Of a stretch of DNA of 64,000 nt, positions 34,325 through 43,400 are shown in pieces. Each line of letters starts with the position of its first letter. Positions within the stretch are counted from its first letter, which is position 1. The notes beneath the pieces were generated by a model, which had not been told where the DNA came from, made no database searches, and saw only the letters and a program-made list of their open reading frames with translations. Source of the DNA: a virus; IMG/VR virus record IMGVR_UViG_3300043571_000425. One strand, written 5' to 3'. The translations under genes and the position numbers were made by a program.

Positions 34325-35500
34325 TTAAGGGAATCCACTTTTGATGAATACTGGTAGGATTTTCTTGACAATTTGAGGTAGTTCTTTTTGACAGTGGTTC
34401 ATGTTTAACGGCGGATCAAATTTTCGGATATAACCTATTTCCCATTCCTCCAGGTCGTTTGCATCAGTCCAGGTGAAATAAGCTATATGTTGTATTTTGT
34501 GTTCTTTAAATTCTGATATTTTTTCGTGTTTAGCATGGCGATTTCTTAGGCTAGTAGTTGATATACCAACGTACCATACACGACTAGCAGCGTCTAAAGC
34601 AAAGTAAATACCGGGTGAATCTGGCAGATTATTGTGATCTCCCAATAGCGTTTTTGCTAGTTTCTTGATAGAAAAACTAGGGATAAATTGATTGTCGTCT
34701 GCTTCTATTTCTACTGTATTTTGTGGTTCAGTCTTAGGACTATTTGGCAAAAAAGATGCTAACTCGCTATCTTTAATATATTCTTGATAAATTTCTGGCT
34801 TAACAAAAAACATATTCCAGTCTTCATCCATGCAATGAATCATCCTATCTGCTATTTCTCTTATTAAACACATCCATTTTTTATTTACGTCTTTATTGTC
34901 TGAATCACAAAAATCATTTGCGCTTTTTGGGTAATTTTCCTCAAAAAAGCTTCTTTGTTCTTCCTCTGTCTCCCATCCGTAATAGCTAATATCCTTTTCC
35001 TGTTGGAAAAAATCATTTAATACTGCTGTTTCCCAGATGTGATTCAAGACTTCAGGACGATCCTCAGAGAAAACCGAGAATTGAATTTTACATTGATAAG
35101 ATAGCCAGTATAAGGGTGCTAACGCAAGTGCCTCAGAAGCAATACCTACAGGTGAAAGATTGTATCCCAATGCGGGTAGAACTGATTTGGGATTAGTCAG
35201 AATATCACGGCAATGCCTAATCGCTATTGGCTTCAGGTGCGCCGGAAAACCAAAATCGAAGCCACTTATGCCCGTCATTAGCGAATTAACGCACTGATCT
35301 TTTTGATAATCTGTGAAATCGACATATTGACTGTATTCTCCTTCCCAAAAACATTCTTCTTCTATATCAAAATTCTCAAGGAACAAATCACAAGCCAACA
35401 TATAAAGCTTAGATTCTATTCCTTTTAGTAGTAGTTTTTCCTCGCCAGTATGGTAGTAACCTGTTTCAAGTGCTGTTTGTTTTTCAATTACGATAGTCAT
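34325..35500 (-). CDS. protein with C-terminal GIY-YIG nuclease domain
   Basis: The C-terminus PGIYFALDAASRVWYVGISTTSLRNRHAKHE...EEWEIGYIRKFDPPLN fits GIY-x(10)-YVG...R...H...E...N. Confidence 0.6.
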   Translation of the reverse strand: MTIVIEKQTALETGYYHTGEEKLLLKGIESKLYMLACDLFLENFDIEEECFWEGEYSQYVDFTDYQKDQCVNSLMTGISGFDFGFPAHLKPIAIRHCRDILTNPKSVLPALGYNLSPVGIASEALALAPLYWLSYQCKIQFSVFSEDRPEVLNHIWETAVLNDFFQQEKDISYYGWETEEEQRSFFEENYPKSANDFCDSDNKDVNKKWMCLIREIADRMIHCMDEDWNMFFVKPEIYQEYIKDSELASFLPNSPKTEPQNTVEIEADDNQFIPSFSIKKLAKTLLGDHNNLPDSPGIYFALDAASRVWYVGISTTSLRNRHAKHEKISEFKEHKIQHIAYFTWTDANDLEEWEIGYIRKFDPPLNMNHCQKELPQIVKKILPVFIKSGFP

Positions 35501-35554
35501 AAAATCCTTCCTTCGCTTTAATGTATTGTTCAGTTTCTTGATGAGCGTAATAGA

Positions 35555-36292
35555 TTAATCTGCTGTAGTTATTTCATCCGTTGCGCCTACCTTCTTATAA
35601 GGACGGTATCTAACACCGTCTTGTTTTTTAAGATTGCAATCAGAACAGAGTATTTGATAGTCAGCTTGATTGTCATGGAAAAGTTGCCATGCTTCAATAA
35701 ACGCAGTAAAGGCTTTTCTGGTTTTCTTGAACCGATAAGTGTGGATTGAGTTACATCTTTCTATTGTTGGATATTTTTCTGGTTTGTAAAATAACTCAAA
35801 CTGATTGACAATAGAAATAAAGCTTTTGCTTTTATGGTCAATTTGCAGCTTCACATTAGAACCACAACAGGAACACGCTGAATTATTTGCAAAAAGAGAC
35901 TCGCCAGCTTTTTGTACTTGATAAAATACAGATTCCCTGTAACTTTCAAGTCTACTTCTATTCTCAATTGAGTTAATAACTTTGTCTCTGTTTTTGATAC
36001 TGCGCGGGGAACATTTTTTGTAGGAAAAATCCTGTTCATTGCCTTTTGCATCAACAATAACAAAGCAGCAATATTGACTGACTGCTGGAAATTCAGGATA
36101 CCCTACTTTAATTGTAGAAACGCCGTCTCGCTTCTTTTTCCGCTTGTGAGGGTGAAATTCTAGTAAATCTTTTGTAAACTTGAGATCGTTGCCAGTGAGT
36201 ATTCTTGCACCTTTCGCAAGCATTGATCTAGCGTGATCTTTGACATCCTCCCACGTATTGAATGACTGGTTTCCTAACTGGTATTTATTCAT
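35555..36292 (-). CDS. HNH endonuclease-like protein
   Basis: CSCCGSNVKLQIDHKS...HDNQADYQILCSDCNLKK fits CxxC...DH...N...LCxxCN.KK. Confidence 0.55.
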   Translation of the reverse strand: MNKYQLGNQSFNTWEDVKDHARSMLAKGARILTGNDLKFTKDLLEFHPHKRKKKRDGVSTIKVGYPEFPAVSQYCCFVIVDAKGNEQDFSYKKCSPRSIKNRDKVINSIENRSRLESYRESVFYQVQKAGESLFANNSACSCCGSNVKLQIDHKSKSFISIVNQFELFYKPEKYPTIERCNSIHTYRFKKTRKAFTAFIEAWQLFHDNQADYQILCSDCNLKKQDGVRYRPYKKVGATDEITTAD

Positions 36293-36354
36293 CTTGATTT
36301 TCCTGTTTTATAAATGTGCGATCGCTATCCCACCCACCCAGCCAGCGATCTAAA

Positions 36355-37032
36355 TTACTTGAAAACTTCAATCAGAATTGATTCAGGGTACAACCCGACA
36401 TAGCCAAAGCGCGGATCATAAATCCGTTCAATGTCTATTTCCCGTTTACGGCATAGAAGGGATGCTTGCCTACCTTTTTGACTTGCAACTTTAGCAGACA
36501 CTTCCAGCCCTTGTTTAACCGCAAATCCCAAAACAGTGTATTTGTTGCCACTAGGAGCAATGTAACGCCCTTGCTCACATTCAACAGCCGCTAAACGTGC
36601 TTCAGCTAGTTTTAATTGCTGTTCCTGCTCAATCATGCGACGTTCCTGTTCCGCCATTTGATTGACCATGACGGCTAAAGCCTGAATAGTGGTCATAGGT
36701 TGAGGTTGCTGCAATTGCTTACGGGCATTAGAGAAAGCCTTGACTAAGTTCATCTTGCACTGAATGACTCGCTCCGTATTCCGGGAAAGTGTCATCACAA
36801 ACAAAACTTGATCTTCTGTCAACCAAACGAAATTTTCTGATGTAGCACCGATTTCTCTTTTCTTCACTTCGTTTTCAAAACGGAGTGAGCCAAACCCTTG
36901 CTCTATCTGGGCTTGATACTTCTTAATGATATTTCTCATCCAGTCGGAGTGAGTAACATTCAATTCACTGGCAACCAATCGGGAATCTACGACGAGTACC
37001 CCGTTTTGCTCAAAAACTGCTAAATTAGACAT
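36355..37032 (-). CDS. Rha-family phage regulatory protein
   Basis: LVVDSRLVASELNVTHSDWMRNIIKKYQ...FVWLTEDQVLFVMTLSRNTERVIQCKMNLVKAF matches the Phage_pRha pattern. Confidence 0.65.
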   Translation of the reverse strand: MSNLAVFEQNGVLVVDSRLVASELNVTHSDWMRNIIKKYQAQIEQGFGSLRFENEVKKREIGATSENFVWLTEDQVLFVMTLSRNTERVIQCKMNLVKAFSNARKQLQQPQPMTTIQALAVMVNQMAEQERRMIEQEQQLKLAEARLAAVECEQGRYIAPSGNKYTVLGFAVKQGLEVSAKVASQKGRQASLLCRKREIDIERIYDPRFGYVGLYPESILIEVFK

Positions 37033-37257
37033 AGTAGAGTAACCCGTCCTTTCCGGGTGAAAAACTAACCATTGAAACCACCGGAATACTGCAATATTCC
37101 TGCGTGGTATGGTTACGATAATTTTATCATGTTTTCAATAGTCTTATTAATTCTTCAATAACTTAGGATACAATATTATCCAGTCGCGTGATGGTGTTGG
37201 TAGCACCGATTCACCACTGGCTGTAGGTCTTGTACACCCACATTGATATTATTCCCA

Positions 37258-39126
37258 ATGAAAACTATTAAAATCAAGGTCAAACTTCTTGCTGAACAGG
37301 CGCAATCATGCGATCGCTACCTAGAAGAATTGACATGGCTATGGAATCAGGTATTGGCTAATCAATTGCATAACCATTGCATCACCTGGTACAACTGGGC
37401 TGGTAAGTTGAGCGCAGATTTAGCTAAGGCGACGGAAAAGTTAGAGAAGCTAAAACCGGAACAACAGCAGCTTGTTAGGAACTACTACCGCAGCAAAGAC
37501 AAGCCAAAACTCAACAAAAAAGAACAGGAATTAGTTGCCAAATTTGATATATTTTCCCGGTGGTTGCCGTTTGACTTAGAAAATATTATTCCCGTACCTT
37601 TGCGAGTTGGCAACAGTGGCTACGAGGGCTTATCGTGCCAGATTGCTACAGGCGGAAGTTACTGGAAACGGGACGATAATTTTAATATTCCAATCAAAAC
37701 CAAAAAGGGGATTATTCACGTCAAAGGGTCTAAATTAGTTAAGGGTGATTACCCCTGGAAACGAATACAAATAATGCCACATCAATATAAAACTTTCCCC
37801 AGTGGTAAGTTTGAGGGGAGGGAATTAATAGATTTAATGAAGTTTGATAATTTGAACGGGTTAAACGGGTTAAGAGCGATGCAAAATCTACCTGATTTAT
37901 CCGTTTCCTCGCACTACGTCGGAGGCTTGTTAGAGTTTTTCAAACAGTCATGGTTAGCATTTTTAGACCCCAAAAGGATAAACAGCAGGAAGCCAAAATT
38001 CAAAAAAGATGCTGATAAGATTAGCACTTTATTTAATAAGCAATGTCCACCAAATAAGATAGACATAAAGAATAATTCAGTTGAAATTACTGGATTTGGC
38101 AATTTAATCGTTACTGATAGAAGTTGGGGGGAAAGACTGAACCTAGATAGCAGTCTTCCTCGGACGTATATGCTAACCAAAAAAGCATCTGGCTACTATA
38201 TCAATATTGTCCTTGCTCACCCATTGCAAGAAGAAAAAGCGGTTTTAACAAAGAAATTACCCAAGGTTAAAAAGGAGCTTGGAGAAGACAGCCAAGAGTA
38301 CGAAGATATTAAGTCTAAAATCAAGTTTATTGAACAGCAAATCAAGGATTCGTTAATCGTAGTGGGAAAGAATTTAAGTGTAGGGATTGACCCTGGAGTA
38401 CAGGCTATTGTGGCGACAGATCACGGGGCGTTATTCCTCCCAAATCTAAGCAGGGAAAGAGTGTCAATCCATATAGAGGAACTACAATCAAGGCTTGATA
38501 ACCTTGAATTAATTAATGATAAAAAGTGGAAAGATTCAGGAAGCAAAGGTGCTAGACCTAAGACAAAAAACGAGATTAAGATACAAGATAAAATTACCAG
38601 ATTACATGAACGTGGGGCTAATTCTTCTAATGCCTTTAATCATAAAATGTCAACTAGATTAAGCAGGACTTACGAGCATATAGCATGGGAGGATACCCAG
38701 TTAACCAATCTCCTAAAACAAACAGAAGCTAAAGCATTGCCTGAAGGGGTGGGATATGCTCACAACGGCGCGTCTGCTAAACGGGGTTTAAATTGGATTA
38801 TGAGACAAAGATGCTTGGGTGATTTAAAAGCTAAAACTAAGCAAAAAGTTGAGAACAGAGGCGGTAGTTTTCATGAACCACCTGCTAACTACAGTTCTCA
38901 ACTATGCCATTGTTGTCATCAGAAAGGTGAGCGATTATCACAGTATGAGTTTGTCTGCAAAAACTCTGAATGTGAGTTATTTGAACAGGTGCAACAAGCT
39001 GACACCAATGCGGCTAGGAATCACAAACATAATAGTAGTTTTGAACTAGGAGAAGTCAAATATCACAACACTAGATTGGTTTACCAAAAACCCAAGAGAT
39101 TTAAAAAGAAACGCTTGACAAAGTAG
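37258..39126 (+). CDS. TnpB-like compact Cas12 (type V) nuclease candidate with intact RuvC triad and zinc ribbon
   Basis: N-terminal TnpB-style KTIKIKVKLLAEQAQSCDRYLEELTWLWNQV. RuvC-I is GIDPGV (D codon 38389-38391), RuvC-II is IAWEDT (E codon 38689-38691), and RuvC-III is QQADTNAARN (D codon 39001-39003). A CHCCH...CKNSEC zinc ribbon lies between RuvC-II and RuvC-III. A CRISPR array lies 350 nt downstream on the same strand. Confidence 0.75.
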   Translation: MKTIKIKVKLLAEQAQSCDRYLEELTWLWNQVLANQLHNHCITWYNWAGKLSADLAKATEKLEKLKPEQQQLVRNYYRSKDKPKLNKKEQELVAKFDIFSRWLPFDLENIIPVPLRVGNSGYEGLSCQIATGGSYWKRDDNFNIPIKTKKGIIHVKGSKLVKGDYPWKRIQIMPHQYKTFPSGKFEGRELIDLMKFDNLNGLNGLRAMQNLPDLSVSSHYVGGLLEFFKQSWLAFLDPKRINSRKPKFKKDADKISTLFNKQCPPNKIDIKNNSVEITGFGNLIVTDRSWGERLNLDSSLPRTYMLTKKASGYYINIVLAHPLQEEKAVLTKKLPKVKKELGEDSQEYEDIKSKIKFIEQQIKDSLIVVGKNLSVGIDPGVQAIVATDHGALFLPNLSRERVSIHIEELQSRLDNLELINDKKWKDSGSKGARPKTKNEIKIQDKITRLHERGANSSNAFNHKMSTRLSRTYEHIAWEDTQLTNLLKQTEAKALPEGVGYAHNGASAKRGLNWIMRQRCLGDLKAKTKQKVENRGGSFHEPPANYSSQLCHCCHQKGERLSQYEFVCKNSECELFEQVQQADTNAARNHKHNSSFELGEVKYHNTRLVYQKPKRFKKKRLTK

Positions 39127-39475
39127 ATGGTTTTAGTTATTATCAATTTACCGCAGTTTGGACGGGATGACTGGTTCTGTCAGTCTATGACTTGATGATT
39201 TTACGATCAAAAAGTAAGGGAGATGGTGACTACTCCCATAGACCAGCCGGAACTATGGCTGGCAATCCTCAGAAGGGATTAATCATTTTGCAATCATCGA
39301 AGCAGCGTGGCTAAAACAAACCCGCGCGCAAATCCAGAACCTAGACAAGCGAAGGGATTAGAGCTATCTTTGCAGAATATCAAAAGGGATTTAAGCGGCT
39401 GTAATGGACTTTTTGGATTAGCTCGCGCAAACAGCCTCTAGGATTCAAGTATATCAAGGGTTTCAGGTTGCCGCA
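39127..39475 (+). ncRNA. putative tracrRNA/leader region containing an anti-repeat
   Basis: 39263-39293 (CAATCCTCAGAAGGGATTAATCATTTTGCAA) matches the reverse complement of the CRISPR repeat at 28 of 33 positions, and two of the mismatches keep G-U pairing. A second fragment, GAAGGGATTAGAGC, lies at 39351-39364. Local hairpins occur at 39218-39236 and 39243-39262. The transcript ends are unknown. Confidence 0.45.
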
Positions 39476-40433
39476 CTTGCAGGATGACTAATCCCTTCTG
39501 AGGGATTGAAACAAGTACAATTGATGGAAATAAAATATTAAGCATAGACTTGCAGGATGACTAATCCCTTCTGAGGGATTGAAACAATTTTGAGCTTGAC
39601 ATAATCATCGTTATGTCACTTGCAGGATGACTAATCCCTTCTGAGGGATTGAAACGTCATGCTTATCAGATGAACTTCACCCAAATACGCTTGCAGGATG
39701 ACTAATCCCTTCTGAGGGATTGAAACAACTTGCTCCTGCACTGCCTTGCAGGATGACTAATCCCCTTGCAGGATGACTAATCCCTTCTGAGGGATTGAAA
39801 CAGGCGTGAGTTTGGCGTGACGTGGCGTAAATCTCTTGCAGGATGACTAATCCCTTCTGAGGGATTGAAACCTTAGATGTTAAGACTGTCAGAAAATATC
39901 AAGGTAGACTTGCAGGATGACTAATCCCTTCTGAGGGATTGAAACGTCGGTTCTTCATTAATTTGCTTGCAGGATGACTAATCCCTTCTGAGGGATTGAA
40001 ACTACCGTTAAAGTGTTCATGAATCTTTTGGGGATGACTTGCAGGATGACTAATCCCTTCTGAGGGATTGAAACAGTGTGTGCAGTCAAATACTTAGATA
40101 TTCCATCTGGATTGCAACTTGCAGGATGACTAATCCCTTCTGAGGGATTGAAACAACTTATGACCCTAACATTGCTTGCAGGATGACTAATCCCTTCTGA
40201 GGGATTGAAACCGACTGATAGCTGATTTTTCCAAATAAACGGAGTCCTTGCAGGATGACTAATCCCTTCTGAGGGATTGAAACTGTACTCTTTTGGCAAT
40301 TGTGGTTAACATCTTCCTACGCTCCTTGCAGGATGACTAATCCCTTCTGAGGGATTGAAACTTCTAATATCTGCGAGCGATATTTATTAAAACCATCTTG
40401 CAGGATGACTAATCCCTTCTGAGGGATTGAAAC
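39476..40433 (+). CRISPR. CRISPR array: 14 identical 37-nt repeats plus one 20-nt truncated repeat, 13 spacers
   Basis: The repeat is CTTGCAGGATGACTAATCCCTTCTGAGGGATTGAAAC. Repeat starts are 39476, 39549, 39619, 39690, 39765, 39835, 39909, 39966, 40038, 40118, 40175, 40247, 40325 and 40397. Spacer lengths are 36, 33, 34, 18, 33, 37, 20, 35, 43, 20, 35, 41 and 35 nt. The truncated repeat lies at 39745-39764. Confidence 0.97.
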
Positions 40434-40477
40434 GAGGCGTGGCAACTATAAGGAAAATCCCTTACCAGTTGCCAGTT

Positions 40478-43400
40478 ATGAATTTAGGCGAACTAATTGT
40501 TGACCTGTCACTCGACTATGCAGAATTTAACCAGTCATTAGAACAGGCGAAAAAAGCCGCATCTAGCGCCGCCGCAAGTATTGAGAAATCATTCCAGAAA
40601 TTATCCCTATCCGTTGACATTGACGACAAGTCACTAACGGATTTAAACCAGCACATCAACATATCCGTACAACACTTAAAGCAAGCTAATACCTTCTTTA
40701 GAAACAACCCGATTACAACTTACGTCAATGATGACAGCCTCACGGACTTAAACGAACACCTCAACGTGAAAGTCCGTCATTTAAAAGAGGTTAACCATTT
40801 TTACGCCCAAAATCCTATCACCGTCCGCACCAATACCGGACAACTCGATGAGCTAGAGGAACGACTAGACAGACTTGGTAACAGAAAGGTGACGATGGAA
40901 GTTGACACCATAGTTCTGAACCAATACCAGGACAAAACCGCAGAAGTTGTGGAACAGGCTATTTCTAATGCCATCCGTCAAATGCAAGTTCCCCAATCTA
41001 GCGGACAATCGGCGCAACAATCACCACAATCTCAACAAAATAGAGTCCAGCGGGTTCAACTGGGATTAGACCCTTTGAGGTCAATTGGCGAGGGCGTTTT
41101 TGAAAATGTCGGGAAACAGTTGAGCAAAGGCGTTGGATCGTCAATGCAGGACTCATTGGGCGTGGATATGAAGTCTTTTACTCAAATAGCCTCTAACTCA
41201 GTTCTACGTTATTTTGGCGTTGGTAAAAAAGCGCAAAAAGACCCCAAAAACAATAAATCAAAAATCAAATCTATTGTTGAGGATGCAATTAAAGATTACT
41301 CTACGGCTGTTGACAAAGGGTCAGGATCTATCAGAGGTGAACTTGACGACGTTGATTTAAGTTCAGTTGATGCGATCGCAAGAAACAGTTTATTGAGATA
41401 TTTTGGAGTAGGCAAAAAAGCACAATCAGACCCCAAAAATAACCAAGCTAAGATTAAATCTATAATTGAAGATGCTGTTAAACAATATTCAGGAACTGAT
41501 GTAAAAAAAGAAAATTCCGGCGTTATATCAAATACATTCTCTGAAATAAATAAAGCATTTTCAGAAACAGTTAATAAAGGTGTTCAGGGAATAGCAGAAC
41601 GAGCTAAACTCGCAACTATCAAGGAAGTTAGAAGGGCATCAACTAACGTTTTAGCCAACTCATCAAGTGGTGTTAGAGACAGCGTAAATGGTCTTTTTGA
41701 CGCTGCCGAAAGTGGTAAAAAAGGGTCTGTCAGTCAATATATCGGGCGTGGTTTAGCATCACAATCCAGGAAGGCTGTGGAAGGAACTTTTAGCAATTTA
41801 TTCCCTACAGTTGCACCGATAGTTAAAGAATTTTTAGCCACTGGGAACAAACCACCTGTAGAAAAACAAGCTCCTAAACAACGCCCAGCAGACGGATTAT
41901 TAGAAGCGGCCAATCAACTCAAGGAAGCCGCGAAGGCAATCAGTGAATCAGCGATTAAAGTACAATCTGTAGCACCTGTTATTCATGAACAAATAGCAGA
42001 TCCTTGGGGTAGTGCTGACTTAACGCCAGTTCAAATTCCACTGAAACCAGCGAAACAGAAAACCAAGAAACAAGAGCCTGAACCCGAATTAGTTTTACTA
42101 GAACTTCCACAACAAACACAACAGCATTTTAAGACATTAAATGCAGAAGTAGGGAAGAATACCGCTAAATCTCTGGAGTTTTTAAAAGCAACTACACAGG
42201 AAAATATTAAGCAACAAACTACACAATCAATCGCTAATATTAAGGCTGCTTTAGCTGCTATTAATCAATATTTCAAAACAGAATACAAGCAGGTAAAAGA
42301 CGCTGTAGATAATGCAAAATCTACAGGGCATATTGACGATATTAACGCTGCTAGAAGTGCAGCTAAAAATTATCAGCGTAGATTATCTGGTGCGGTTAAA
42401 GAGATAGATAGAATTGTTAAATCTGGCGAGGATGCTGGTTTTAGTAAAGAATTTGGATCTGAATTAAGTCAAGTACACGCAACTGGCAAAGGTCAACTTG
42501 TAGCTAGTGACAAGCGTGTTGGACAGCAATTAGGTGGATTAAACTTACTCGAAGCTAATCAGTTTAAGAAAGACGTAAAAACCTACACAGAACTAGCTAA
42601 AAAAGCGGGCATTGAGATTGACGCAGGATTAATCAAAGGATTAGATATTGGTTCAGCGGGTGTAACGGCTGAAACACGCGACCTGCTAAACGGATTGATC
42701 GCCACTGTTAAGAAAACAATGGGTATTCAGTCGCCATCATGGGTAATGATGGGAATTGGTGCGATGATTGCGGCTGGTTTAGGACTAGGTATTAAAAACG
42801 GTGTCGTTGACGTTTCTAGTGCCGTTGGGCTGTTAACGGATGCTATTGGGGATGGATTAAAAGATATTCAGTCTATTCCATCAGAAGGAATTGAGGCATA
42901 TAATCAGGCGTTAGAAAATGCAGTAAGCGACAAATCGGAACTGACCAAGAAAGTATTTGAGGAAGCTAAGGGAGCAAGCAAAGCGACATTACCTGGAATG
43001 GTATTAGGTACAACCATGATGGGTGTTGCTAACGCGGGTTTAGTCCCTAAATCAATTGAAACACCGTTAAGGCATTTAGGAGCATTTTATCAAGGGAAAG
43101 CAGGGGTTCATCAGATGAATCCGCAATTGGCTAGAGAGGCTGAAATTGCAACTATCTTTAATATGATGCAATTGGCTGAAAAAGGCGACGGGTATTTTCC
43201 TGATAGTGGTTTTGTGGGCATGGTTAAACACAAAACTTTGCCTACTTTAGCTCATACATTGGGAGGTTTTAACTACACACAAAACAAAGACAAGGGGTTG
43301 CAAATTAACGATGTTTACGACTGGCATCAAGATACTAATACAGACAAAAATACACCATTCAAACTACCTAAAAATTTAGGTAGTAAAATATATAAATTCC

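Noticed and set aside
39958-40299. 113-aa minus-strand ORF with the reiterated peptide NPSEGISHPA
   Set aside because: It is simply the translation of the CRISPR repeats on the opposite strand. The periodic peptide equals the repeat period, so it is not a gene.
37258-40433. Cas12k / CRISPR-associated Tn7-like transposon (type V-K), suggested by the cyanobacterial context, the roughly 620-640-aa size, the GAAAC-ending repeat and the tracr-like region
   Set aside because: The RuvC D-E-D residues and the zinc ribbon look intact, whereas Cas12k is catalytically dead. No tnsB, tnsC or tniQ-like genes or Tn7-type ends are visible anywhere in the window.
40427-40477. TTG start codon given by the ORF track for the tape measure gene
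   Set aside because: TTG 40427 lies inside the last CRISPR repeat (GATTGAAAC). The first ATG (40478) begins MNLGELIVDLSLDY..., which looks like a typical tape measure N-terminus.
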